Assembly (NCBI GenBank): GCA_964016885.1
Contig: OZ024742.1
Span: 281,170,001-281,234,000 of the forward strand
Source of the DNA: Eledone cirrhosa
Lineage: Eukaryota
DNA length: 64,000 nt
Reading direction: 5' to 3'
Shown here: in pieces, positions 1 to 13,297 of the stretch
Position numbering within the stretch: position 1 is the first letter of the stretch
How the letters are laid out: each line of letters opens with the position of its first letter
The notes under the pieces: generated by a model
Database searches by the model: none
The model's input: only the letters and a program-made list of their open reading frames with translations
Told to the model about the DNA's origin: nothing
Made by a program: the position numbers and the translations under genes

Positions 1-2248
1 TTCGATCTCCACGAAGCTGTCTAATGCAAGTGGCAACAGAACGGGAGAATTCCCTGTTCTGTGACTAATGGCGTAGTCTCGCTAGTGAGGAAGGACGAGA
101 ACAAGGGGCAACGAAATAAGTAATTTTAGGCTCATAACACTGCTAAATGCAGAGTTAAAGATTTTGGCCAGGGTGCTAGCAAAGAGGGTGGCGTTTGTCG
201 TGGGCAACTTGGTGGGAGATGCGCAGAGATGCGACATCCCGTCCAGGTCCATTCAGGATAACCTCCATCTCATGCGATAGATCATAGAGAGGGTTGGGAA
301 TGAACCCGGCTTTTCGCGGGGGGGGGGGGGGGGGGGGCTGATCAACTTGGATCAATCTAAGGCGTTCGATAGGGTCGACCATCGTTACCTGGATGCCGTG
401 CTAGTGGTGGCAGGTTTCGTACCCGTTTTCAGGGGCTGGATCACAGCCATGCACAGCAGCCGCATCTGCTCCTGGGTCAAGGTGAACGGCTACCTCTCGG
501 AGCCGTTCGAAATCACGCGGTCCATCCGACAGGGATGCCCTCTCTCCTCCCTTCTATATGTATTGGCCCTAGAGCCACTGCTGCGGAAGTTGGAGTTGTT
601 ATAGGGCATCCCTTTGGAACTGGGATTGCGGAAAGCGGTGTCGGCCTACGCCGATGACGTGACAGTAATGGTGTCACCGCCTCGGAAATCGGGGTCATCG
701 GCACCTTACTGGAGGAATACGAAACGTTTACAGGGGCTAAGCTGAACCGGGACAAGTCAGTTGGTTTTCAACTCGGCGAGTGGAGTGGCAAACCGATGGC
801 CTCCAATGGAGTCGTCGGACGTTGGACGGAGGGCCCGGTGAAGTTGCTCGGGGTCTGGTTCGGCCAGTCCTCCAGGTGGGGAAGAACTGGGGCGAGGTAT
901 CGAACAGGGTGTATGCGCTGACGCGGAATTGGGCTGGGTGCAAACTATCCCTTAAAGGTCGGGCGGAGGTGGCGAACGCTTATATAGCGTCCGTCATCTA
1001 TTGCCGCCTGGCCGTCGTGCCTTGCCCAAGCGAAACGCTCACCAAAATGGAGCGCGCATTCTTCCAATTCCTTTGGAAGAAGCGGGCTCCTTTGGTGAGG
1101 AGATCCATCTGTGGTCAACACCCTTCGAAAGGAGGGCTGGGGATGTCGTGGCTGCTGATGCGTAAACACGCATTAAGGATACTGCACCTCCAGGTATTCC
1201 TAACCGGTCAACCGGTGTGGCCCCGTTTGTGAGGCGAGCCTTTCTGAGACTCGTCTCGCAAACCGAGCTGCAGTCCTGGGTCAAGCAAAGACCAAGAAAA
1301 CTGGGCGCCTGGCACACCGAGTGTGCCCAGGCGCTCACGGCTCTCCGGCAGGCGGACCCGGCTATCGGTTGAGACTCCACCTCGTCATTCTATAGAGGGA
1401 TGGTGGTTAGTAGGTGCGACGACGCCCTCGGACAAGCCCTAGGAGGAAGACGAACTGGCCAGCCTATTCGGGAGGTCATTTGGCCCGGGACCTATGGACA
1501 ACTTCCAGAGGTCACTGGCCTGGCAGTGCTACCGAGGGGCGCTGCCCGTTCGAGAAAAGCTCTACAGACACGGGCGCCCGGGTAGGGACCCCTCGAAAAA
1601 AATATGTCCCAGATGCGTGCGCGATGAGGAAACTGTTGCGCACGCATTGGTACACTGCTCGTGCGTTGCCGATCTGTGGGGCTATGCCGAACGACTGCTG
1701 TCCCGGGTGGGACTAATTCGGTTGACCACTGAGTCCATTGTAATGATCAAGTCGCTCCCCCCCCTTCAAAAATGAAGGAGAGGCGGTCTTCCTCTGGGTA
1801 ATAGCCATGGTGAAAGAGGTGGTATGGTGGACACGTTTGAAAGGGCTGAGGTCGGACACCCATCTCTCCGGCCAACAACTAGTCCTTTTCTTTAAATACC
1901 ATTTTAAGAGAAGGATCAGAATGGAGAAAGAGGTGCTCTGCCCTAGCAAGTTTTATGAAAGGTGGGTGAAAGTAGCGAGAATGGCCCGTGTGAATGGGCC
2001 TTCTCTCTTTATCAGCCTGTAGGTGGAAAGGTGGAAGTGCAAAGGAGCACCCCCTCTCTGTGCTCCTAAGGAAAATGGTTGCACACTTTTTCGAGGGTGT
2101 GTGTAACCCCCAAAACGCCTCCTCTCTATTGAGGACTGTATTGTTAATTTTATATTTGTTATTTGTTTTTTACCCGTTCTTTTATGTAAACCCCCCCCCC
2201 CTTGTATTTGTCTCCTTCTTTTGTGCCCTCGTGGCAAATAAATAGAAA
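1..2248 (+). mobile_element. Tx1/L1-type non-LTR retrotransposon, copy A (3' half, decayed ORF2)
   Basis: Frameshifted RT pieces DQSKAFDRVDH, SIRQGCPLS and YADD (~646-660); C-terminal CPRC..ETVAHALVHC zinc motif; stop at 2022; 3' UTR ending gtggcaaataaatagaaa followed by (TATC)n. Confidence 0.92.
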
Positions 2249-2249
2249 C

Positions 2250-2283
<34 letters not shown>

Positions 2284-2284
2284 C
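2250..2284. repeat. (TATC)n microsatellite joining Tx1 copies A and B
   Basis: Direct reading of the sequence. Confidence 0.9.
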
Positions 2285-2484
2285 TTTATCTGCCTGACGC
2301 GTGGAACATCGCCGGTAAGCTTTTTTTGTTAAAAAACCGAATTGTTTGAAAAAACATAACATTTTGTTGATTAACCCCCAAGCTGAATTATTAGCTGGGT
2401 GGTAATCCCATTTTTCGCCCCTTTAGGGGCGAAAATTTAATTTTAAAATTGTTTTAAAATATCAAATTTTGCCAACTATAAAAC

Positions 2485-4349
2485 ATGAATAGCTCGGAAA
2501 GAACGCTAGAGAACGTCGACAGAGAGAAGAGAGGTAGAAAGGCAGATATTAACGTTATATCTGCTTCTGCTACTATGGACGTCGCCATTGATACGACTTT
2601 CAACAAAGAGAATAAAATATTAGCAATTGAAGATTTTAAAATTTCTACCGTCTAAGCGGAGAAAAATAATAATAACACACAGGAAAACAATGGAATTAAA
2701 CCTATTAACATACTTACACATGAAAAAGGCAACAACTTCATAGATACATCTACACATAAAGTTTCACCTCGTCAAGAAATTGAGATTTTCAACACCGAGG
2801 CTAACAACAATAACAACAACAACAACAGCAACACCACGCACAAAAAAAATGTCTTTCGCTGAAACAGTGATAAAAAAACAAGATTTTATAAATCTTGACA
2901 TCTCCAATGCAAGAGATATGCTCCAGTAAGGGAGAAAATGTGTAACTATCGAAGACAAGGGTGGGTTTAGAATTAACTCACCCCTCAAAATAAAAGAAGA
3001 AACAGTTCGGAGGTCAGTGACCTTTAGGACTGTCTCCAACACAACGAGAAAGCCGATATTTGTTAGTCAAGCAGATATAGAAGCCACCTTCAAGGAGACT
3101 CTAGCAAATATTGACTTTCTCCAACGAAGAAAACAGTACGGAGTTGTTTCCGTACTGTTTAAAAGCGATGCACTCGCCCAAAAACATTCTGTGACACTGG
3201 TGTCAAAAGCATTCATCTTATTCCCTACGTACATGGGAAAAAGGACACAAAAAATAAAAATAAAAAATATACCACCAAACATTAACATCTGGTGGATCTT
3301 GGCTGGCTTCGTAGAGCCAGAGACTGATATGATTCTTTCGATACGAAGGTCTATTAGACAAAGGTGGGCGGGTACTGATTTGGAGATTCTGATTCAAATG
3401 TGGCCGGAGAGAATCTCCAGAATACCCGAAAAAGTCGTCATCGACGACAACAACAAAATACACATTACGGTGGAGGGGCGAAAACTTCATAGCTTTCGCT
3501 GTGGTAACACAGCACACCGAAAGGCCTCCTGTCCTTCACAAACACACCACAACATCATTAAAAAATCACTATTACCAACACCAACACCAAAACAACCACC
3601 ACCAGAAGTACAACAACATATGAAACGAACAAACACACCAAAACAAACAGCCACTCAACCAACAACAACATAAAAAACAGAGACAACACCCCTGAAAAAC
3701 ACAGCCCCACCCCGTCTCACTCCATCAAACACTACCACAAACACACACACCGAAACCCCTACCCCACACTCCTGACGATGATTATTCAACGGCAGATGAG
3801 GCTGCTTCTCCTTCTTTCAGTGAAGAAGGAGAGCTTCGGAAATTTAAAAAACAAAAAAAGAGACACCACAAAACCCCCAAAACTCCAATCACCAACACCA
3901 ACACACAACCACAGACACAAACAACACCACAGTCAAACATCCCCCTACCAGTAAAACCAACACCAGCACCACCACAAACACAAGCACCCACCATAAAAGA
4001 AAACTCCCGGACGAACAACAAAAAAAACAACACAACAAAAACACAAACAACAATACGCATACATCAACACAAACAACAAGAGTTTGATGGAGGTCATCTC
4101 CCAATACCCCAAGGTGGAGACGCAGGGCAAAACTTTCGTCAAAGCAGAATCGTCTCCACACATAAAACTAATAAGGGTTTCGATAGAAATCTATCATAAA
4201 TTGAAAAAACAGTTTTCGCAGGATTTTGGCAACCCCTTTCAAAACCTATTAACCGCGTCCTATTAAAATGTTTCCCCACCCCACCCAACACCCCCACCAG
4301 AACTGAAATGGAGATTGAAAAACCCGATCTCCATGAAACGAAAAGGTAA
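2485..4349 (+). pseudogene. Tx1 ORF1 (gag-like), disrupted
   Basis: ORF 3017-3673 has RRM-like KIKIKNIPP and a degenerate CCHC knuckle SFRCGNTAHRKASC, then a Pro/Thr-rich tail; several stops and frameshifts. Confidence 0.75.
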
Positions 4350-4390
4350 GTGCACCTTTTCGTCCTTTTCGCCAACTCTTCTCCACAAAC

Positions 4391-7300
4391 ATGGTTAGTT
4401 TACGAGTTGGAAGCATGAATGTGCGTGACCTGGGGATGCCCTGGAAACAGGGCCAACTTTTAAACGACCTTAGGTCATACGGTATGCATGTGATAGCCAT
4501 CACCGAGCCCAGGATCCACAACAGGCAGCAACTAAACCATCTTCGACGACTTTGAGATATACGCATCTCTCTGTCAGCCAAGAGGTGGAGGGGGAGGGGC
4601 TGTCATGTTTCGGAAGAACCTGGACGTCGAAGTACAGCAAGTACACTTGGACCCGGAGGGTAGACTGGTAGTCCTAGACGTGAACAGTATTGGAGGTGGA
4701 GCCTTCAGACTGGTGGCCGTTTATGTCCCGACCGGGCAATCGCAGTCACGGCCAGACTTCTTTAAGCGCCTAGGGTCTTTTCTGGGAACATCTCGCTCCT
4801 TACTTTTAGTGCGGGCCTGGAATGGTATCCTAGAAGCACGTTGGGACTATGTGGGAGCATGTCCCAGTAGAGGGGGGTGCAACAGTTTCTATTGGGACAA
4901 GGAGATGTTAAGCTGTCCACGATTGCACATGGTTGCCTAATCAGATCACAAATTAGTCGTCTGCTTAGTCAACCGTGATAGAATACATAGACAGGGACCC
5001 GGATACTGGAAGCTGAACGTTTCGTTGCCGGCACGTAACGCTTACAGTGAACGGATTAGTAGACTAGTCAAGCGGCAGTTAACGGGAGACATCGTCAACA
5101 ATAGATGGTGGTACTCTCTCAAGAAAGCAATTAGAGTAGAATCGAAAGAGTTTAGCAGAGAGTTAGCCTTGTAGAAAAACAAAATAGAAAGGAACTAGTA
5201 GCCAATGTAGAGGAGCCACTTAGATGTGGAAACGCGGTTAGAGTGTTAGCGTCGAGAACGGCACTAGACTAGTTCTTCGACGCGAAACACGAAGGCTGCG
5301 TGGTCAGAAGCAAAACACGTGCTCTAGGAAACGAAGGAGCGAAAGCTGTCAGCTGGGCCCGAGTAGCGGAGGCAAAAATGGCAACAAGTGCACGATTCGG
5401 TCTTTGAAAGACCAAAACGGACGCGTGCTACTTGACTGCAAGCAAATGTGCGCGGCCTTTCAGCAGCACTTTGCGCGACTGCTTGAGCAGAACGATGGTG
5501 AGCCGAACGGGGTAGTGGACTTTAGTTCATACCTCGACGGCCTGCCGCGTCTCTCGAACACGGACGCTGAGTTCTGCGAAAGACCGATCACGGACACTGA
5601 GATACGCGACGCTCTGGGCCGCTGCGGAAAACACAAGTCACCAGGTATAGATGGTCTACGCTATGAGTTTTACATAGACATGCCGGACTTGTTCTCTGGC
5701 GTATTCGAAGCCGTTTACTGCAATTGGCAACATAACGGATTAATTCCCAGTTCTGCAGGCGAGGGCGTAGTAACGCTGATCAGGAAATGCGAGAGCAAGG
5801 TGAACGAAATCAACAACTTCAGGCCCATAACTTTGCTCAACACAGAGTTAAACATTTTGGCCAAGGTGCTAGCGACGAGGTTGGCGCTTGTCGTCGAGAA
5901 CCTGGTAGGGAAAGCGCAAACGTGTGCAATCCCGACCAGTTCCATACACGACAATCTCCACATCATGCGATACATCCTAGAGAGGGCGGGTAGTAAACCC
6001 GGCTCCGGTGGAGCTCTGATCAATTTGGATCAGTCTAAGGCATTTGATAGGGTCGACCATCGATACTTGGAAGCGGTTTTCAAAGCGGCCGGTTTCGGTC
6101 CCCTTTTCAGAGGCTGGATGGAGGCAATGTACACCAGCATCTGCTCGAGGGTCAAGGTGAACGGCTACCTATCGGAGCCGTTCACGATCACGCGTTCCAT
6201 TCAACAGGGGTGCCCTCTCTCCTCCATTCTGTATGTATTGACACTAGAGCCACTACTGCGGAAATTGGAGCTGTTGCAGGGCATCCCTCTACAACCAGGA
6301 CTGCGCAAAGCGGCGTCGGCTTATGCCGACGACATGACGGTAATGGTGTCGAGCACCTCAGAAATCAGGGTGATTAGCAACTTACTGAAAGAATACGAAA
6401 CGCTGACGGGAGCAAAACTAAATCGGGACAAGTCAGTCGGTTTGCAACTCGGTACGTGGAGAGGCAAACCGATTACGTCCGACAGTGTCATTGGGCGCTG
6501 GACGAACGGACCGGTGAAATTGCTGGGGGTCTGGTTCGGTCCAGACCTCCAGGTGGAGAAAAACTGGAACGAGGTAACGGCCAAGCTGTTTGCGCTCACC
6601 CAGAAGTGGGCAGAGTGCAAACTGTCCTTGAAAGGACGAGCGGAGGTGGAGAACACTTTCATAGCGTCCGTCATCTACTACCGCTTGACTGCCGTGCCTT
6701 GTCCCCGTGAACACCTCGCCAAGATGGAACGCATGCTCTTCCAGTTTCTGTGGAAGAAGCAGGCTCCGCTGGTGAGGAGATCCGTCTGCTGTCAGCACCC
6801 TTCCAACGGAAGGCTGGGAATCCCGTGGCTGATGATGCGCAAACATGCACTGAGGCTGCGGCATCTCCAGGTATTCTTCACCGAACTCCAACCGGTGTGG
6901 GCACCGTTTGTGAAACAGGCTTTCCCACAGCTTGTCTCGCTGACGGAGCTGCAGTCCTGAGTCAAGAAAAGACCCCAAACGATGGGCGCCTCGCAAATTG
7001 AATGCGCTCAGGCGCTCACAGTCCTCTGGCAAGCGGGCGCAGCAATCAGTGCAGACTCCACTTCGACATTCAATAGAGGGATTGTATGTTACAAGGGCGA
7101 CGACGTGCTCGGAGCGACTCTGGGCGTCGAAGACTATGAGCTGACCAGTCTGTTTGGTAGGACTTTCGGCCCGAGACCTATGGACACCTTCCAGAGGTCC
7201 CTGGCCTGGCAGTGCTACCGAGGAGCTCTACCAGTTCGTGACAAGATCTACAGGCACGGACGCTCCGGCAAGGATCCTTCCAAGAGGACGTGTCCAATAT

Positions 7301-7705
7301 GAGCGCAGGACATTGAAACAGTTCTGCACGCAATTGTACATTGCCCGGGAGTAACCGACCTGTGGAATTATGCAGAACAACTGCTGTCGCGTATGGGACA
7401 AATCCAGTTGACTGCAGAGACCATAGTAAGGATCAAACCGCCAGCCTCTTTCAAAAACGAAAGAGAGGCGGTTTTCCTCTGTACAGTGGCTATGATGAAA
7501 GAAGCTATATGGTGGACGAGATTGAGAGGACTGAGGACAGATGCCTTTCTCTCCGGACAACAATTGATTCCCTTCTTTAAGTATCACTTTAGAAGGATAA
7601 TCAGAGTGGAGAGAGAGGCACTGCCCCCAGTAAATTTACAGAAAGGTGGGTGAATGTGGAAAAAATGGCCCGAGTGATTGTCCTTCTCTGTTTATAAGCC
7701 TGTAG
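4391..7705 (+). pseudogene. Tx1 ORF2: APE endonuclease + reverse transcriptase, disrupted
   Basis: MVSLRVGSMNVRDL...AITE (APE start), GRLVVLD..FRLVAVYVP; 518-aa open RT segment 5404-6960 with KSPGIDG, NFRPITLLN, DQSKAFDRV, QGCPLS, YADD. Confidence 0.92.
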
Positions 7706-7974
7706 GTTAAAGAAGAGAGCAACAGAAAGAAAGGAGCACTTGCACAATACGCTCCTGGAGTTGAGGGTCGTTCTATCGACGGGGTATTAAACAACCCATT
7801 TGTGGGGCTTCCCCCCTATTGGGGACTTCGATTGTTGTAATTGTTTGTTTTATATTTTTTACACGACTATGTAAAATCCCCGGCATGTCTTTGTATTGTC
7901 ACCTTTTCTTGTGCGCCTTTGTGGCAAATAAAGAAATCTATCTATCTATCTCTATCTCTCTCTCACTTTCTCTG

Positions 7975-8019
<45 letters not shown>

Positions 8020-8793
8020 TATGGATCGATAGATACTTCTTTATAGATTTCACTGATACGAGTGATTGCAATAACATTCATAACTGATATTTTGGTACTT
8101 TACTTTAAGTAGATACCAGCTACAACTGCAGAGCTGATTAAATAAGGCGTTCACATTGCAACATGATGCCGTTCATAGTAAACAACTGGGTGGCTTCTTA
8201 GGAAAATGGTTTTCCTTAGCTATTCTCTGTCGGGAAAATACTGTAGAAAGAAACTGTTTAGAATCTAATCAAGTATTGTATCTCTAATTCAAAAGTGTAG
8301 GCGTATTTCATATATGATACAGATTCGTCCTGGGAATTTCGTTAAAGGTACACATCTACAGAATACTCACACCCCTCACAGGTTAATTCATAAGCAATTG
8401 ATTGAACAGTTGCATGATCTTCCAAAGAAACGTAGTATGCATCAATCTCTCTTTCATTCTGGTGATACCACAATTAACTCTATAATAACTAAGTACCGTC
8501 ACAACCACTCAAATCGTACTCCTGATAAAATATTGGTTCTTCTAGCTCAAATAACACACGATAATATATGATTATTTCTAATGATGTATGTACTGGGTGT
8601 TGTAGTTAAACGGAGGTGGGAAAGACATATATATAAGAATAACTAACAGACAACTAACAAAAGGAAACACTACAGAGGGAAAAATATATTAGTTAATACT
8701 ACGATCAATATACTGTGGTTTATTGTCACACATATTGATTTATATACGTAATTATAAGCTTGACCGTGCCTCCCTGTATTCTCCGTTATACTT

Positions 8794-8824
<31 letters not shown>

Positions 8825-8825
8825 A

Positions 8826-8868
<43 letters not shown>

Positions 8869-8880
8869 AATATATGTATG

Positions 8881-8985
<105 letters not shown>

Positions 8986-9295
8986 GAAAAGAGTCTGGAC
9001 CCCGAAGGTTAATTTCCGGCCGTTTCGACAGCTAGATCCGAGTTCGGATCTAGTTGTCGAAACGGCTGGAACACAGACGTCGGGGTCCAGACACTTTTCC
9101 TATTACCCACTCTACTACCCTAAGTATCTGGTATTTAGGTGCGATATGGTCCACCTGATATCTTACCAGACCTTCTTTGTTATATGTATATATAATGAAG
9201 GAAGTGTGGTAGGAACCAGGTGGACCATAACGCACCAGAGTACTCAATACTTAGGCTAGTAGAGTGCGTAATATGAAAAAGTTCAAGACTCCGAC
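8986..9295. mobile_element. Triple foldback of a short PLE-like terminal repeat (family H1) in (TA)n
   Basis: 8986-9041 is an inverted copy of 9044-9100, and 9195-9295 of ~9078-9181; contains a hammerhead 3' half gtcGAAAcggct...cGTC; same family at 25452-25566, 43917-44022, 52716-52788. Confidence 0.7.
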
Positions 9296-9301
9296 ATATA
9301 A

Positions 9302-9332
<31 letters not shown>

Positions 9333-9425
9333 TACACATATATGTGTGTGTATAGCGTGAAACGCTAAAGCCATGTTCAAGCTTATGTATAGGCGCAGCA
9401 ATGGATGTATGGTTAAAGCGATTAT

Positions 9426-9700
9426 TGGTGGATTGGCAGTATTGGTAGAGGGTCGGACACCATGCTTTGACGTATAGAGTTACGGCCCTTGCCCTTCAAA
9501 TTACTGGCTTTGTGCATATATAAGAAACCATTGGATTGGCAGTATCGGTAGAGGGTCGGACGCCATGCTTTCCAGCATAGTTATGTCCCTTTACGATCTG
9601 AGTTCAAATCCCGCCAAGGTTTACTTTGCCTTTCATCCTTACGGGGTCGATAAAATAAAGTACCAGTAATGCACTGGGTAATTGCTAGCCTTGTGCCTAT
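9426..9700 (+). mobile_element. Two tandem tRNA-derived SINE copies (first internally deleted)
   Basis: A-box-like tggcagtatcgg, B-box gagttcaaatcc, conserved body gcctttcatccttacggggtcgataaaataaagtaccag. Confidence 0.85.
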
Positions 9701-10623
9701 TTAAAAATTGGATTTGGGTAGATTTCCACTGCGTAGTACATTCGGTAAATGTCTTCGGCTATACCCTCGAACTCATAAATGCTTTTACTGAGAAAGTTTG
9801 GTAAAAAGCAAATATGCAGACTGTAAGTATGTGTGAGTCAATGTAACCATGGGTGTTTATATCTCGTCACTTCGTCGAAAAGATTGAAATAAAATAAGAA
9901 CTATGATTAAAAAGCATTGTGTTGGGTGTCAATATAATCAACTATATCCTGTTGATGTAATGTTCTAGTATCATTACAATCCAATGAGTGGAACAAATAA
10001 AATTCTGTTTAAACAGGTATATATGAAGCATCTTTCGAGGACATTATCGGAGGAAAGCGAGAAAATGAGTCACTAAATCTGGCTCAAGAAATAATTGTTT
10101 CTACTTTTAGTACTTGGCCAGCAAATATCCAGTACATTACTGGTACATCATTACTGGCTCAAGAAATAATGCGACGATCTGTCTGACATACTGAGGTAAA
10201 TGAAGACATCACATTCGTAATCACAGCATCAAACATATATACAACACGTCCAGACACAGGCGCAAAAATGTGTACATGAACGTGTTCTTGAGAATAGGTA
10301 TAATGATATAATTCGGTGTATCGAGTTGCGTTCCTCTGTCTGCAATGAGGAATACAAATCGATAAAAGAACTAGATTAAAATCCTACTCGGGGTGATATG
10401 ATCATCTAAAACCGATAAAACTGGCAACCTCCTCCCTCTGTTGTATGATTGAAAACAGCAGATTAAAACTGTAGAATGGAATACACGCACACACATACAC
10501 ACATACGCACATATATATATGTGTGTGCATACATATATATATATATGTACGCCCATATATATGCACACCCTAAATATATAAACATGTGTAAATATTATGT
10601 AAATATAAGTTTGTAAATATATA

Positions 10624-10678
<55 letters not shown>

Positions 10679-11159
10679 GTGCGTATATATATATATATAC
10701 ATATATAAATATATATATATGTGCGTGTGTATATATATATATATATATCAAAGAAAATTACATTACAGTCCATAGAGCATATATATGAATAAAATCTCAA
10801 TGACAAAATGACTTCGTCACCTTGATATTATACAATTTATTTGTTATAACTCACACCACAGAGCCTGCTGATCTAATAACTAAAAGGAATGCTTCTTCTA
10901 TCTGCTTAGATCTCATCAGCTAGCGATGGAGTTGAAACGACATATGTACCATAGTCAGACTTTTATGTATAAAATCAATGCAGAGAACATATCACATCTA
11001 CTTATTGCTGTTTCTTGTTAGTGCATATGTGGCAATTAATGTTGGAGAAATATTACATAACATTAACACATGAAACAGATTGCATTAAATAATTAAAAGT
11101 TTTGTAATTCGTCTCTCTTGTAATTTTATTCTGCTTAAACAAACCTACCTGTATATGTG

Positions 11160-11295
<136 letters not shown>

Positions 11296-11330
11296 CTTAT
11301 ATATAAATATCTAGTCTTCACATTTGTTAT

Positions 11331-11366
<36 letters not shown>

Positions 11367-11424
11367 TCACGTAAGCTTGTTCAGCCAGAATAATATTACG
11401 TGTATAATAATATTACGTGTATTA

Positions 11425-11495
<71 letters not shown>

Positions 11496-11825
11496 CATAT
11501 ACATATATACACCTATATGCATATATATAATTAAATGTACATATTTCTTTGAAAAGATATATTATATATATAATGTATATTGGTTTTGCCCGTATGTTAC
11601 AAATCAACAGTTTACTGATTTAAGATGAATCGACAATAAATCAAACTATTCCCTTTACACATGAGCAGTTGTGACGATATAACGCATTATTAATATGAGT
11701 CGTGGACGTTTACTAATGATAGAACCACGCAAAAACATCTTGCTATATTTTATTGGACCACTGTGTTATGATTTCAAATCCCAATGGCGGTGAATATCAG
11801 ATCACTGAATACTTTCATTATCTTA

Positions 11826-12012
11826 TGGTGGATTGGCAGTATCGGTAGAGGGTCGGACGCCATGCTTTCCAGCATAGTTACGTCCCTTTACGATCTGAGT
11901 TCAAATCCCGCCGAGGTTGACTTTGCCTTTCATCCTTACGGGGTCGATAAAATAAAGTACCAGTAATGCACTGGGTAATTGCTGGCCTTGTGCCTAAAGT
12001 AGAAACAATTAT
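11826..12012 (+). mobile_element. tRNA-derived SINE, full length with TSD
   Basis: Complete consensus; flanked by direct repeat attatcttatg (11817-11827 and 12008-12018). Confidence 0.92.
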
Positions 12013-12106
12013 CTTATGCCTAACGAAATTATCTGCCAATACTTTTCCGTTTATTGAAAATGATCGAGAATTTTAGGGAATTTAGTAAAATAACTAACAT
12101 TTTTCA

Positions 12107-13080
12107 TTTTCTTCTTATTCTTCTTCGCCCACATGTTCCTTGGAGCGCCGTTGGGACAGAGTCCTCAAGCACGCCTTCCAATGGGTCCTGTCAGAAGAGA
12201 GACCAGTCGAACTCGTACATATTATACGACCTTTATGTAAAGGGTCTACTCTTCGATCTCCTGACAGTTGGTTTTGCCCTCAATATCTGTCCAGCGATAA
12301 TTTCTTGAGACATTCGAACCACTTTTCTCTAATATTAGAGCTGTGATCTCTCAATTCGGAGAAGTAGCGGCTCTATATGGAGAGACACTCTGATATCCGA
12401 GCTATACAGGTTTTAATGCACGCTATCTGAAGAATCATGCATAAAAGTCATATGTGATGAGGAGAGGTCAAGGCAGAACTGCAAATACAAAAGATAATCA
12501 ACTGATGCGAGCACAGTGCTTATTGGGCAATTTGAAACAGTAAGAGCCTTGGGTTTCCTCTGAGAAAAGCTTTCATCAACCGAAGGAATGATAGATGGTT
12601 ATGCAAAGATCCTAACGAGGTTCTGATGGTCATGCACACTATGTTTTTACCAGCTGTAGTCCAGAGAGTATTAACAAGGAGGAAGATTACATGTCTCCAC
12701 AAACTTTTTCTCAGAACTTAAGGTTGAATCCTGTTGAGTATAATGAGGTGGCGGAGAGGCCTGTAAGCTTTTGGGTAGAGAGCATGTGTAAAGAATGACC
12801 GAACACCTACAAATATTACTGCGCCATCTCATGAAGCGTACATAAAGAATGAGTTATAATGTCCATGATGTGAATCTGCCAGACTACAACGTATGTGGCC
12901 TCAACCAAATGGAAGTCAATCAACAGCCCCACCTTAGTATAAGATGTTTGGACACCGCCTTAACTAGCACAATATCAAAAATAAATGAGTCATCTTATTC
13001 GGCGGTGTCAACGGTTCAGACCTTGTATTGAAGCGGTTGTTGATCTAACGGTGAACACATTGTATAGACGAGTCAAAATG
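12107..13080 (-). mobile_element. RTE-clade LINE 3' fragment, highly decayed
   Basis: Minus strand reads ...IERSQL.Y..KVVRM...DRTHWKACL and ends in a (GAA)n-like tail. Confidence 0.55.
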
Positions 13081-13189
13081 TCTCAAGATTAATCATATGT
13101 TGTAATATGCGTCTTTTACTAAATTCATGCAAATATTCTCAAAGAACTAATTATATATATATTACATATGTCAACAGACACACATGCAT

Positions 13190-13297
<108 letters not shown>

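Larger units (their letters stand above)
2285..7936 (+). mobile_element. Tx1/L1-type non-LTR retrotransposon, copy B (near full length, decayed)
   Basis: 5' UTR, ORF1, ORF2 (APE+RT+Zn); same terminal gtggcaaataaagaaa as copy A, followed by (TCTA)n/(TC)n/(TA)n. Confidence 0.93.

Noticed and set aside
11826-11915. tRNA gene
   Set aside because: A/B boxes belong to the multi-copy SINE head; no cloverleaf
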